Shown here: in pieces, positions 45,631-53,396 of the stretch
Layout: every line of letters begins with the position of its first letter
Position numbering within the stretch: the first letter of the stretch is position 1
NCBI GenBank assembly: GCA_964519455.1
Contig: CAZFIU010000022.1
Coordinates: 461-64,460, forward strand
Reading direction: 5' to 3'
DNA from: an uncultured Syntrophobacterales bacterium
Lineage (GTDB): Bacteria > Desulfobacterota > Binatia > UBA9968 > JAJDTQ01
DNA: 64,000 bases
The notes under the pieces: model-generated
Databases searched by the model: none
The model's input: the letters and a program-made list of their open reading frames with translations, nothing else
What the model was told of the DNA's origin: nothing
Position numbers and translations under genes: made by a program

Positions 45631-46866
45631 ATGGAGCGCGGCACGCGGGAAACTTACATCATCGCCGTCTTCTGCCTGGCGCAATCGCTGGCTCAGATCG
45701 GCGCCATGGCGTTCGCGGCGCTGCTGCCGGCGTTCTTCGCGGAATGGTCCCTCAGCCACGCGGAGGCGGGCTGGCTTTCCGGGATCATGTTCGGCGCCTA
45801 CGCCGCCGCGGTGCCGCTCCTGCTGCCCCTGACGGACCATACGGACGCGCGCAGGGTCTACATGTGCGCGGTCTCCACCACCATGCTGTCCCATCTCGGC
45901 ATGGCTTTCCTCGCGGACGGCTTCTGGACCGGCCTCGTCTTTCGCGCGCTCAACGGCATCGGCTGGGCCGGCACCTACATGGTGGGACTCAAGGCGTTGT
46001 CCGACCAGGTGGAAGGGCCGGCGCAATCGCGCGCGGTGGCCGTGCACGGCGCCAGTACGGGCATCAGCAGCTCGTTCTCCTTCGTCATCGCCGGCGCGGT
46101 GACGGCGCCCTTCGGCTGGCAGGCCGCGTTCATGGTCGGGGCCGGCGGAGCGTTCGGGGCGTTGCTCGTGGCCCTGACCCTGTTCCCGCCAAGTCCGCGG
46201 AAGGAACGGCCGGTCTCCGCGCCGCGGATCCTCGACTTCAAGCCGGTGCTGCGCAACGCCTCGGTCATGGCCTATGCGCTGGGCTACTGCGTGCACACCT
46301 GGGAAATGTTCGTCGTCCGTTCCTGGATGGTGACGTTCCTGACCTTTGCCGCGGCCCAAGGGGACGGTGCGCCGGGTCTCCTGGTCCCGACCATGGTGGC
46401 GACCCTGGCGAGCCTGCTCGGCACGGCCTCCAGCGTTGCCGGCAACGAGATGGCCCGGCGCCTGGGCCGCAAGCGCTGGATCCTGCTCGTCTTCACGATA
46501 TCCATGGCCTTGGCGCTGGTGGTGGGCTTCACGGCGGGGGCGGGCTACGGCACGGCCGCCGCCGTCTGTCTCCTCTACAACGCCGCGATCTACGCGGATT
46601 CGTCATCGCTCACCGCCGGCACGGTCGGCAACGCCGACCCCGAGCGACGCGGCGCCGCGCTGGCCGTGCACGCCATGCTGGGTTACGGCGGCGGGTTCGT
46701 CGGACCGCTGGCCTTGGGGCTGATCCTGCACGTGCTCGGCGGCGAAAGCGTGCTCAACTGGGGCATCGCCTTCGGCCACATCGCCATCGTGCTGCTCGTG
46801 GGGCCGCTGGCCATCCGCGCCCTCAACCCCCGCGACCTGCCCGGCGACCGTCCGAGCGGGGACTAG
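45631..46866 (+). CDS. MFS transporter (12 TMS)
   Basis: Start MERGTRETYIIAVFCLAQ, with hydrophobic helices throughout and the MFS loop 2-3 motif region (RALNGIGWAG). Confidence 0.8.
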   Translation: MERGTRETYIIAVFCLAQSLAQIGAMAFAALLPAFFAEWSLSHAEAGWLSGIMFGAYAAAVPLLLPLTDHTDARRVYMCAVSTTMLSHLGMAFLADGFWTGLVFRALNGIGWAGTYMVGLKALSDQVEGPAQSRAVAVHGASTGISSSFSFVIAGAVTAPFGWQAAFMVGAGGAFGALLVALTLFPPSPRKERPVSAPRILDFKPVLRNASVMAYALGYCVHTWEMFVVRSWMVTFLTFAAAQGDGAPGLLVPTMVATLASLLGTASSVAGNEMARRLGRKRWILLVFTISMALALVVGFTAGAGYGTAAAVCLLYNAAIYADSSSLTAGTVGNADPERRGAALAVHAMLGYGGGFVGPLALGLILHVLGGESVLNWGIAFGHIAIVLLVGPLAIRALNPRDLPGDRPSGD

Positions 46867-46879
46867 CCCCGCGTCCCGA

Positions 46880-47701
46880 TCAGGAATATCGCCGCAGGGA
46901 GCTGGCGAGCCCCACGACGGAAAGACTGTAGATGAGCCACTTGGACGGATCGAAGTTGTACCACTGAGGGCCGTTCCTATAGTCGCTTTGATACCTGTGG
47001 TGATAGTTGTGGTATCCCTCGCCGAAGGTGACGAGCGAGACCCACCAACTGTCGCGACTGGAGTCGGATGCTCCGTGAGGTTGGGCACCCCACAGGTGGC
47101 AAATGGAATTGATGCAAAACGTGGAGTTCAGGACAAAGAAGGTCCGCCCGACTCCGGCGAGCAGGAAACATCCCAGCCCCCCGAACCAGCCGTCGTACAA
47201 GAAGCCCACCACGAACGGCAGCGCCAGGCCGGAAAGGACAATGGGGATGTAGTAGCGGTGTTGCCACATGACCACGGCGTCCTGTTGCAGCTTGCGGGCA
47301 AACTTGTCGTCCCTGTGAGGATCGCTCCAGAACAACCAGCCACAATGGCTGTGCCAGAACCCCCGCTTGGCATTGTAGGGGTCTTGTTCCTGGTCGCACC
47401 GGGCATGATGGCGGATGTGGTCCGCGGTCCATCTGAGGCCCGAGTTTTGCAACGCCCACCCTCCCGCGATCAGGAGGAGGCCTTTCACCCAACCGGTGCA
47501 GGTAAAACTGCGATGAGCCAGCAAACGGTGGTATCCCACGGTGATGCCCAGCCCCGTGACGATATAGAGCATGACGAACATGACCCAATCGACCAGAGAA
47601 TAACCATAAAAATACGCGTGCGCCGGCAACCCGATGATCGCACCGGCCGTGACACCGGCAAACAGCGTCACGTTCAAAAGATTAAGCGTTCGTCCTGGCA
47701 T
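46880..47701 (-). CDS. Acyl-CoA (stearoyl-CoA delta-9-type) fatty acid desaturase
   Basis: Three histidine boxes (HRLLAHRS, HRHHA, HNYHH) and four TM helices. Confidence 0.9.
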   Translation of the reverse strand: MPGRTLNLLNVTLFAGVTAGAIIGLPAHAYFYGYSLVDWVMFVMLYIVTGLGITVGYHRLLAHRSFTCTGWVKGLLLIAGGWALQNSGLRWTADHIRHHARCDQEQDPYNAKRGFWHSHCGWLFWSDPHRDDKFARKLQQDAVVMWQHRYYIPIVLSGLALPFVVGFLYDGWFGGLGCFLLAGVGRTFFVLNSTFCINSICHLWGAQPHGASDSSRDSWWVSLVTFGEGYHNYHHRYQSDYRNGPQWYNFDPSKWLIYSLSVVGLASSLRRYS

Positions 47702-47777
47702 TCAAACTTCCTCTACCTTTCTCTTGTACCCAACCAGTCTCCTGCACGGGTCACGTCAACCCACGCGGTCCTTCTCT

Positions 47778-49232
47778 CTACTTGTCATCCAGTATGCTGC
47801 CCCGCTCGATCACGAACGTCCGGTCCAGCAGGCGGGCGATGTGGACGTCGTTGGACTCGGCCACCAGCACGGAGGCGCCCTCCTTCTTGAGGTCGTCGAG
47901 TATCTCCACCATGCGCTGGGCGAAGATGGGTGCGATGCCTTCGCCGGGCTCGTCCAGCAAGAGCAGCCGGGTGCCGCACATCAGCGCGCGGGCGAAGGCG
48001 ACGAACTTCTGCTGGCCGCCGGACAGGCTGGTGGCGCCGCGGTGACGGAACTCCTCGACCTCCGGCATGAGGCCGTAGATCCACCGGAGACGCTCCAGCG
48101 CGTTGTCCGCGCGGGTAGCCCACACGGGCAGCAGGATGTTCTCCTCGGCGGTCAGCTCGGGAACCAGCCGGCGGTCCTCGGGCATGAAGCCGATGCCCAG
48201 GTGGGCGCGGCGATGGGCCGGGGTCGCGGCCAGGTCGACGTCGCCCAGCCGGACCGTGCCCCGCCGGACCGGGAGCGCACCCATGACCGCGCGCATGAAA
48301 GTGGTCTTGCCCGCGCCGTTGCGGCCGATGAGGCCGCACATGGATCCCGACGGCACGCTCAAGTGGACGCCGCGCAGGATCGGGGTGGCGCCGATGCTCA
48401 CGTCCAGGTCGCTGACGGCGAGGGTCTCCTCCCCGGATGAGGAACGCGCCGATGCCGCCGCCGCGCGTGCTTCCGCGCCCGCGTCATGCCCCCGGCCCAG
48501 CACGTATTCCCGCACGCCGTCGTCCCGCATGGCTTGTGCGGTAGGCGCGTCGCAGATGATCTCCCCCTGGTAGAAGGCGAGCACGCGGTCCACGTAGCGT
48601 TCGACGATCTCCATGTCGTGCTCGATGAACAGGACGGTGGTGCGCTCCTTCTTCAACGCCTGCATGAGGATGTCCATGATGGCGAACTTCTCTTCCGCGC
48701 TGATACCGCTGGTGGGCTCGTCCAGCATGAGCAGCCTGGGCTTGCGCACCGTGGCCATGGCGATGTCCAGGAGCTTGCGGATGCCCTGGGGCAGCGCGGA
48801 GCCGATGACGTCCCGGTACTCCGCGATCTGGTAGCGCGCCAGATGGGCTTCCACCCGGGCCGCCCGCTCTTCCTCCATGAGCGGCATCAACAGGCCCGCG
48901 CCGTCCTCTTCGGCGACGCCGAAGGCCATCATCAGGTTGTCGAAGACGGTCTCCGAGAGGAAGACCTGGGGCACCTGAAAGGAACGGCAGAGGCCCAGGC
49001 GCGTGATCGCCCGCACCGAGAGGCCGAGGATGCTCCGGCCCATGAATTCCACGGTGCCGCCGCCGGGCGGGAGATGGCCGGTGACCAGGTTGACGAACGT
49101 GGTCTTACCCGCGCCGTTGGCGCCGATGACGCCGACGGTCTCGCCTTCCTCCACCACGACGTTGATGTCGTGGGCGGCCACCACCGCGCCAAAGGACTTC
49201 TCGAGGTCGTGTACTTCCAGGACGGCGGACAC
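47778..49232 (-). CDS. Fused LivG-LivF-type branched-chain amino acid ABC transporter ATP-binding protein (two ABC domains in one frame)
   Basis: GTG start at 49230-49232, immediately after the livM stop. Two Walker A motifs (GANGAGKTTFVN, GRNGAGKTTFMR) and two ABC signatures (LPQGIRKLLDIA, LSGGQQKFVAFA) are joined by an Ala/Ser-rich linker with no intervening stop. Confidence 0.8.
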   Translation of the reverse strand: MSAVLEVHDLEKSFGAVVAAHDINVVVEEGETVGVIGANGAGKTTFVNLVTGHLPPGGGTVEFMGRSILGLSVRAITRLGLCRSFQVPQVFLSETVFDNLMMAFGVAEEDGAGLLMPLMEEERAARVEAHLARYQIAEYRDVIGSALPQGIRKLLDIAMATVRKPRLLMLDEPTSGISAEEKFAIMDILMQALKKERTTVLFIEHDMEIVERYVDRVLAFYQGEIICDAPTAQAMRDDGVREYVLGRGHDAGAEARAAAASARSSSGEETLAVSDLDVSIGATPILRGVHLSVPSGSMCGLIGRNGAGKTTFMRAVMGALPVRRGTVRLGDVDLAATPAHRRAHLGIGFMPEDRRLVPELTAEENILLPVWATRADNALERLRWIYGLMPEVEEFRHRGATSLSGGQQKFVAFARALMCGTRLLLLDEPGEGIAPIFAQRMVEILDDLKKEGASVLVAESNDVHIARLLDRTFVIERGSILDDK

Positions 49233-49237
49233 GGCGG

Positions 49238-50230
49238 CTAGGCCTCTTCCTCTTTCGTTCGGAGCCGGTCGGGGGACCCGGACCCTCCCCCGCTCCGCCG
49301 CCGTTCCACCAGCGACCACAGTCCGTTGGGCAGGAACATGATGATGGCGAGCAGCGTCCCGCCCATGATCAACTGCCAGATTCCCGGGAACTGGTCGAAG
49401 GCATAGGTGCGGATGAGCTCGTACATCAACGCGCCGATGAAGGGCGCGACGACGTTGCCGGTGCCGCTCAGGATGGCGATGAAGACGAAGTCCCCGGACA
49501 CCGGCCAGTACACCATGGAATCGGGGTCCACGTGGCCGATGGTGAGAGCGGCGACGGCGCCGCCGAAGCCGCCCAGCAGTCCGGAGATCACGTACTTTGC
49601 ATGGACCGCCCGCTCCGCGGAGTAGCCCAGGTAACCCAGCCGGATCTCGTTCTCGCGCACCGCGATGGTCATGTTGCCCAGGGTGGAGCGGAGGTAGAGA
49701 TGCGCCAGCACCGCCACCCCCCAGGTCAGGATGGCCGCGAAAACAAACAGCGCGGTCTTGTTCTCCGCCCCCAGGGGCGCGTACCAGAGGTAGGTGGTCG
49801 CCTCGATGCTGATGCCGTCGGTAGACCCCAACTCCTCGAGCTTGGCCAGCACGCCGTAGAGGATCATGGAGAACGCCATGTTCAACAGCGCGAAGAAGAT
49901 GCCCCGGTACTGCCGCAGCAGGAACCCCAGGGCGTACGCCAGAAGGCCCGCCGCCACCACCCCGCAGGCGATGGTCAGGAAGGCGTCGGTGATGCCCAGG
50001 TACCGGCTCATGAGCCCCACGGTATAGGCGCCGAAGCCGAAGTAGAGCGCATGGCCGAAGGAGATCAGCCCGCAACGCCACAGCACCAGCAGACCCAAAG
50101 CCACCGAACCCCGGGCCAGTGAAAGCGTCAGGATGTTGGTGAACCAGTCGGGCACCACGAAGTTGAGCAGCAGCAGCACGGCGAGGCCCAGGGTGAGTCC
50201 CCACAGGGTCTTGTCCCGGCGCCAGCTCAT
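49238..50230 (-). CDS. livM: Branched-chain amino acid ABC transporter permease (LivM-like)
   Basis: 330-aa LivM-family permease. Confidence 0.9.
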   Translation of the reverse strand: MSWRRDKTLWGLTLGLAVLLLLNFVVPDWFTNILTLSLARGSVALGLLVLWRCGLISFGHALYFGFGAYTVGLMSRYLGITDAFLTIACGVVAAGLLAYALGFLLRQYRGIFFALLNMAFSMILYGVLAKLEELGSTDGISIEATTYLWYAPLGAENKTALFVFAAILTWGVAVLAHLYLRSTLGNMTIAVRENEIRLGYLGYSAERAVHAKYVISGLLGGFGGAVAALTIGHVDPDSMVYWPVSGDFVFIAILSGTGNVVAPFIGALMYELIRTYAFDQFPGIWQLIMGGTLLAIIMFLPNGLWSLVERRRSGGGSGSPDRLRTKEEEA

Positions 50231-51129
50231 ATGGTCCTCGGCTTGGCCGGCGCGAACAGCCCCTGCGGCCGGACGATGAGCACCGCGGCCATGATCATGT
50301 AGATGACGAACAGCTCCAGGGCCGGCTCCTGGTGCACCGCGAAGGCCCGCGCCACGCCCACGATCACCGACCCGATCAGCGCGCCGGGAATGCTGCCCAT
50401 GCCGCCGATGACCACCACGGCGAAGGCCAGCACGATCACCTCCACCCCGATGCCCGGCTGCACGGAAATGGCCGGCGCCTGGTAGGCTCCGCCCAGCGCG
50501 CCCAGGAACGAGCCCAGCATGAAGGTCAGCAGAAAGATCCGGTTGACGTTGATCCCCATGGCCTGGGCCAACTCCCGGTCATGGATCACCGCCAGCAGCA
50601 GCTTGCCGAACTGGGTCCGGTTGAGCCCGTACCACAGCGCCGCAGCCACCACGGCCGAGAGCAGCACCATGGACAGGCTGTAGTTGTCGAAGGGAAGCCC
50701 GGCGATCTCCGTCGAGCCCAGCAAGCCCAGGGGCTCCGGGGCGAGATAGGGGTCGGTGCCCCAGATCAGCAACAGCACGTCCTCGAGCACCAGGAAAGCC
50801 GCGAAGGTCGCCAGCACGATGATGTGCTCGTCCTCGTGATAGAGATGGCGCAGGAGGCCGCGCTCGATGATCAGGCCGAAGACCACGCCGAGGAACAGCG
50901 CCGACAGCAGCATGACCGCGAAGGCGCCGAACTGGGGCCAATCCAGCCGGAAATAGAGGATCAGCAGCGTGGCCGCGAGATAGGCGCCGAAGGCGTAGAG
51001 CGCTCCGTGGGTGACGTTGAGGAGCTTCTGGACGCCGCAGATGACGGTCAGGCCCACCGCCACCATGAACAGGTACGAACCGTAGACGAGTCCGTCGACG
51101 AGGATGATGAGTAGCAGCTCGGGATCCAA
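50227..51129 (-). CDS. livH: Branched-chain amino acid ABC transporter permease (LivH-like)
   Basis: 300-aa LivH-family permease, overlapping livM by 4 nt. Confidence 0.9.
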   Translation of the reverse strand: MDPELLLIILVDGLVYGSYLFMVAVGLTVICGVQKLLNVTHGALYAFGAYLAATLLILYFRLDWPQFGAFAVMLLSALFLGVVFGLIIERGLLRHLYHEDEHIIVLATFAAFLVLEDVLLLIWGTDPYLAPEPLGLLGSTEIAGLPFDNYSLSMVLLSAVVAAALWYGLNRTQFGKLLLAVIHDRELAQAMGINVNRIFLLTFMLGSFLGALGGAYQAPAISVQPGIGVEVIVLAFAVVVIGGMGSIPGALIGSVIVGVARAFAVHQEPALELFVIYMIMAAVLIVRPQGLFAPAKPRTI

Positions 51130-51223
51130 CGGTTCCCCCGTGCGCGGGAATGGAGGAGGAAGATAGACCCGGGCACCGGCACTCCGGCGCCCGGGTCACG
51201 AAGACACTAGGCCGGAGCGCCGC

Positions 51224-52540
51224 TCAGTCGCACTTGGCGCCCTTCATGCCGCTCTTGACCCAGTCCGCCGCGTTGACCCCTTCCGGCGGGTTCACGCACT
51301 CGGCCTTGAACTCCACCACGTCCCGGACCACGATCTCGCCCTTGGCGTCGTCCCACTCGGCATAGCCCCAGCGGTCCGAGGTGACCGCCTGATGCCCCTT
51401 GCCGAGGGACATCTTGACCCTGGCGGCGAGGATGTCGAAAGTGGCGTGCTCCAGCGCCTTGATCACCTGGTCGTCGGACGGGAACTTGCCGCCGTTGGCC
51501 TTCATGGCCGTGTCGTAAGCGTACTTGGCCGCCAGGATGCTGTCGGCGTAGTGATAGGCCGGCGACGAGGGCGACTGCTTGTACGCCTTGCGGAATTCGC
51601 TCCGGAACCACTTGTTGAGCGGGGTGTCGATGCCCTCCGCGTACAAGCCGTAGGGACCGCGCGCGAGCTGGCCCTTCGGGAACTTCTTGCCCAGCCGGTG
51701 GGCCGTGATCTCGCCCACCGGCCAGATGAACGTCTTGCGCTCGAACAGCCCCCTGGCCGTGCCCTGGGCGATGAAGGCCTCGAGGTCGCCGCCCCAGAAG
51801 CTCGAGTGCACCAGCCTCTGCTTGGCCCTGAGCAGCACCGAGATCTCGGTGCCGTACTGGCCGGAGAAGAGCTTGGGGAACTGCTGCTTCTTGGCCGGCT
51901 TGAACTCCGGCGACAGGGTCTGCATGGCCAGATTGAAATCGCGCCAGGCATCCTGGCCCCAGGCGTAGTTCTGGTTGATGCCGATGTAGCCGTCCTTGAC
52001 TTCGCCCCGGAGCTTCCGGACGACGTAGTGCGCGGCGCCCACGTTGCCGCCCGTGCTGTGGTTGATGATGCGGAAGAGGTACTTGGGCTCCTTCACCAAC
52101 TCCTCGAAGATGCGCGGCGTGCCGCATATCGACAGCAGGGTCAGGACCCGGAGCTCCTCGGCCACCCGGGCGATGGCCGCGCAGCTCCCGGAGGAGATGT
52201 AGCCGGCCACGACGTCCACGCCCTCCTTCTGCACCTTGTTGCGCAGCTCCGTGACCTGCTTGGTGCCGCCGCCGCTTTCGTCGTACACCACGAGGTCCAC
52301 CTTGCGGCCCGCCATCCCGACGCTGTCGTAGGGCGCCGGCAGAGTGCCTTCGTTGATGGCGCGGACCACCAGGTCCACGCCGTTCTTGGCGGGGACGCCG
52401 TAGGTCGGCGCGCCGCCGCCGGTAAGGAACGTCGGGACCGCCACCTTGACGGTCTGTGCCGAGGCGGCGGCCGCCGCCAGCAGCAACACGGCCAGGGCCG
52501 CGGCCAACGCCAAGAATCTCGCACGGGGAATTGCGTTCAT
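51224..52540 (-). CDS. ABC transporter substrate-binding protein (LivK / PBP1 family) with signal peptide
   Basis: Start MNAIPRARFLALAAALAVLLLAAAAASAQ after the RBS gggagg. The periplasmic-binding-protein type I fold is evident (VKVAVPTFLTGGGA...). Confidence 0.85.
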   Translation of the reverse strand: MNAIPRARFLALAAALAVLLLAAAAASAQTVKVAVPTFLTGGGAPTYGVPAKNGVDLVVRAINEGTLPAPYDSVGMAGRKVDLVVYDESGGGTKQVTELRNKVQKEGVDVVAGYISSGSCAAIARVAEELRVLTLLSICGTPRIFEELVKEPKYLFRIINHSTGGNVGAAHYVVRKLRGEVKDGYIGINQNYAWGQDAWRDFNLAMQTLSPEFKPAKKQQFPKLFSGQYGTEISVLLRAKQRLVHSSFWGGDLEAFIAQGTARGLFERKTFIWPVGEITAHRLGKKFPKGQLARGPYGLYAEGIDTPLNKWFRSEFRKAYKQSPSSPAYHYADSILAAKYAYDTAMKANGGKFPSDDQVIKALEHATFDILAARVKMSLGKGHQAVTSDRWGYAEWDDAKGEIVVRDVVEFKAECVNPPEGVNAADWVKSGMKGAKCD

Positions 52541-52715
52541 GTCAGCCTCCCATGTCTCCAGGATCGCGGCCGGACATACGCCCGCGACAGGCCGGGTACC
52601 GGTGAGCCGGGCGCGCGACGTGCTCGCCCGCGACGCACCGATTACGCTATACCGTACAGCGCAAATCACTCTCAAAGCAAGCTCAAGGCACGGCGCGGAA
52701 CGCCGTTGCCGTCGC

Positions 52716-52723
52716 GGAAGGAG
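52716..52723 (+). promoter_or_regulatory. Shine-Dalgarno sequence (ggaaggag) upstream of the ATG at 52730
   Basis: Correct spacing (6 nt) before MAKNMTQRG. Confidence 0.55.
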
Positions 52724-52729
52724 AACCAC

Positions 52730-53350
52730 ATGGCCAAGAACATGACCCAACGAGGCAAGGTGGACCTGGAGGGGCTGCGCGGTCCCGATGTCCGGGCGAT
52801 GAAGGGCATCCAGCCGCCGGCCGACATGCCCTTCCGCATCGGCAACATGGGGCACGCGGTGCTGGTGGTCCGGGACATCGACGCGTCGGTCCGGTTCTAC
52901 ACCCAGGTGCTCGGCTTCAAGGTCTCCGACGTCTACCCGGAGAGCATGGTGCCGGGCCGGATGGTGTTCATGCGCTTCAACGAGGACCATCACGGCCTCG
53001 GCCTCATCGGCCAGGGCAGCGAGGTTTCCCCGGGCCGGGAACTGCACCACCTGGCCTTCGAGGTGCCCAGCCTCGACGACGTCTTCCGCGCCCGGGAGCA
53101 CCTGGAGAAGCACGACGTGCCCATCGACTTCCACGGCCGCCGGCGCGCCGGCTGCCAGGTGTCGGTGGAATTCCGCGACCCGGACGGCCACAGCCTGGAG
53201 ATCTTCTGGGGGCTCGACCAGGTGGACTGGGACGGCGAAGCCCGGCCGCCCGAGGAATGGGCGCCAAGACCCTCGCTCGAAGAGGCGCTGGACGAAACGC
53301 CCCCGGGACAGGACACCACCCTCGCCGATCCGGGCCTGCGGCGGAAGTAG
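52730..53350 (+). CDS. VOC-family protein (glyoxalase / bleomycin-resistance / extradiol dioxygenase fold)
   Basis: HAVLVVRDIDASVRFYTQVLGFKV and HHLAFEV are VOC metal-ligand contexts. Confidence 0.8.
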   Translation: MAKNMTQRGKVDLEGLRGPDVRAMKGIQPPADMPFRIGNMGHAVLVVRDIDASVRFYTQVLGFKVSDVYPESMVPGRMVFMRFNEDHHGLGLIGQGSEVSPGRELHHLAFEVPSLDDVFRAREHLEKHDVPIDFHGRRRAGCQVSVEFRDPDGHSLEIFWGLDQVDWDGEARPPEEWAPRPSLEEALDETPPGQDTTLADPGLRRK

Positions 53351-53396
53351 TCGCCGGCCGCCGCGGGCGTTGGGAGAAAACGGGTTGCCGGCGCGA

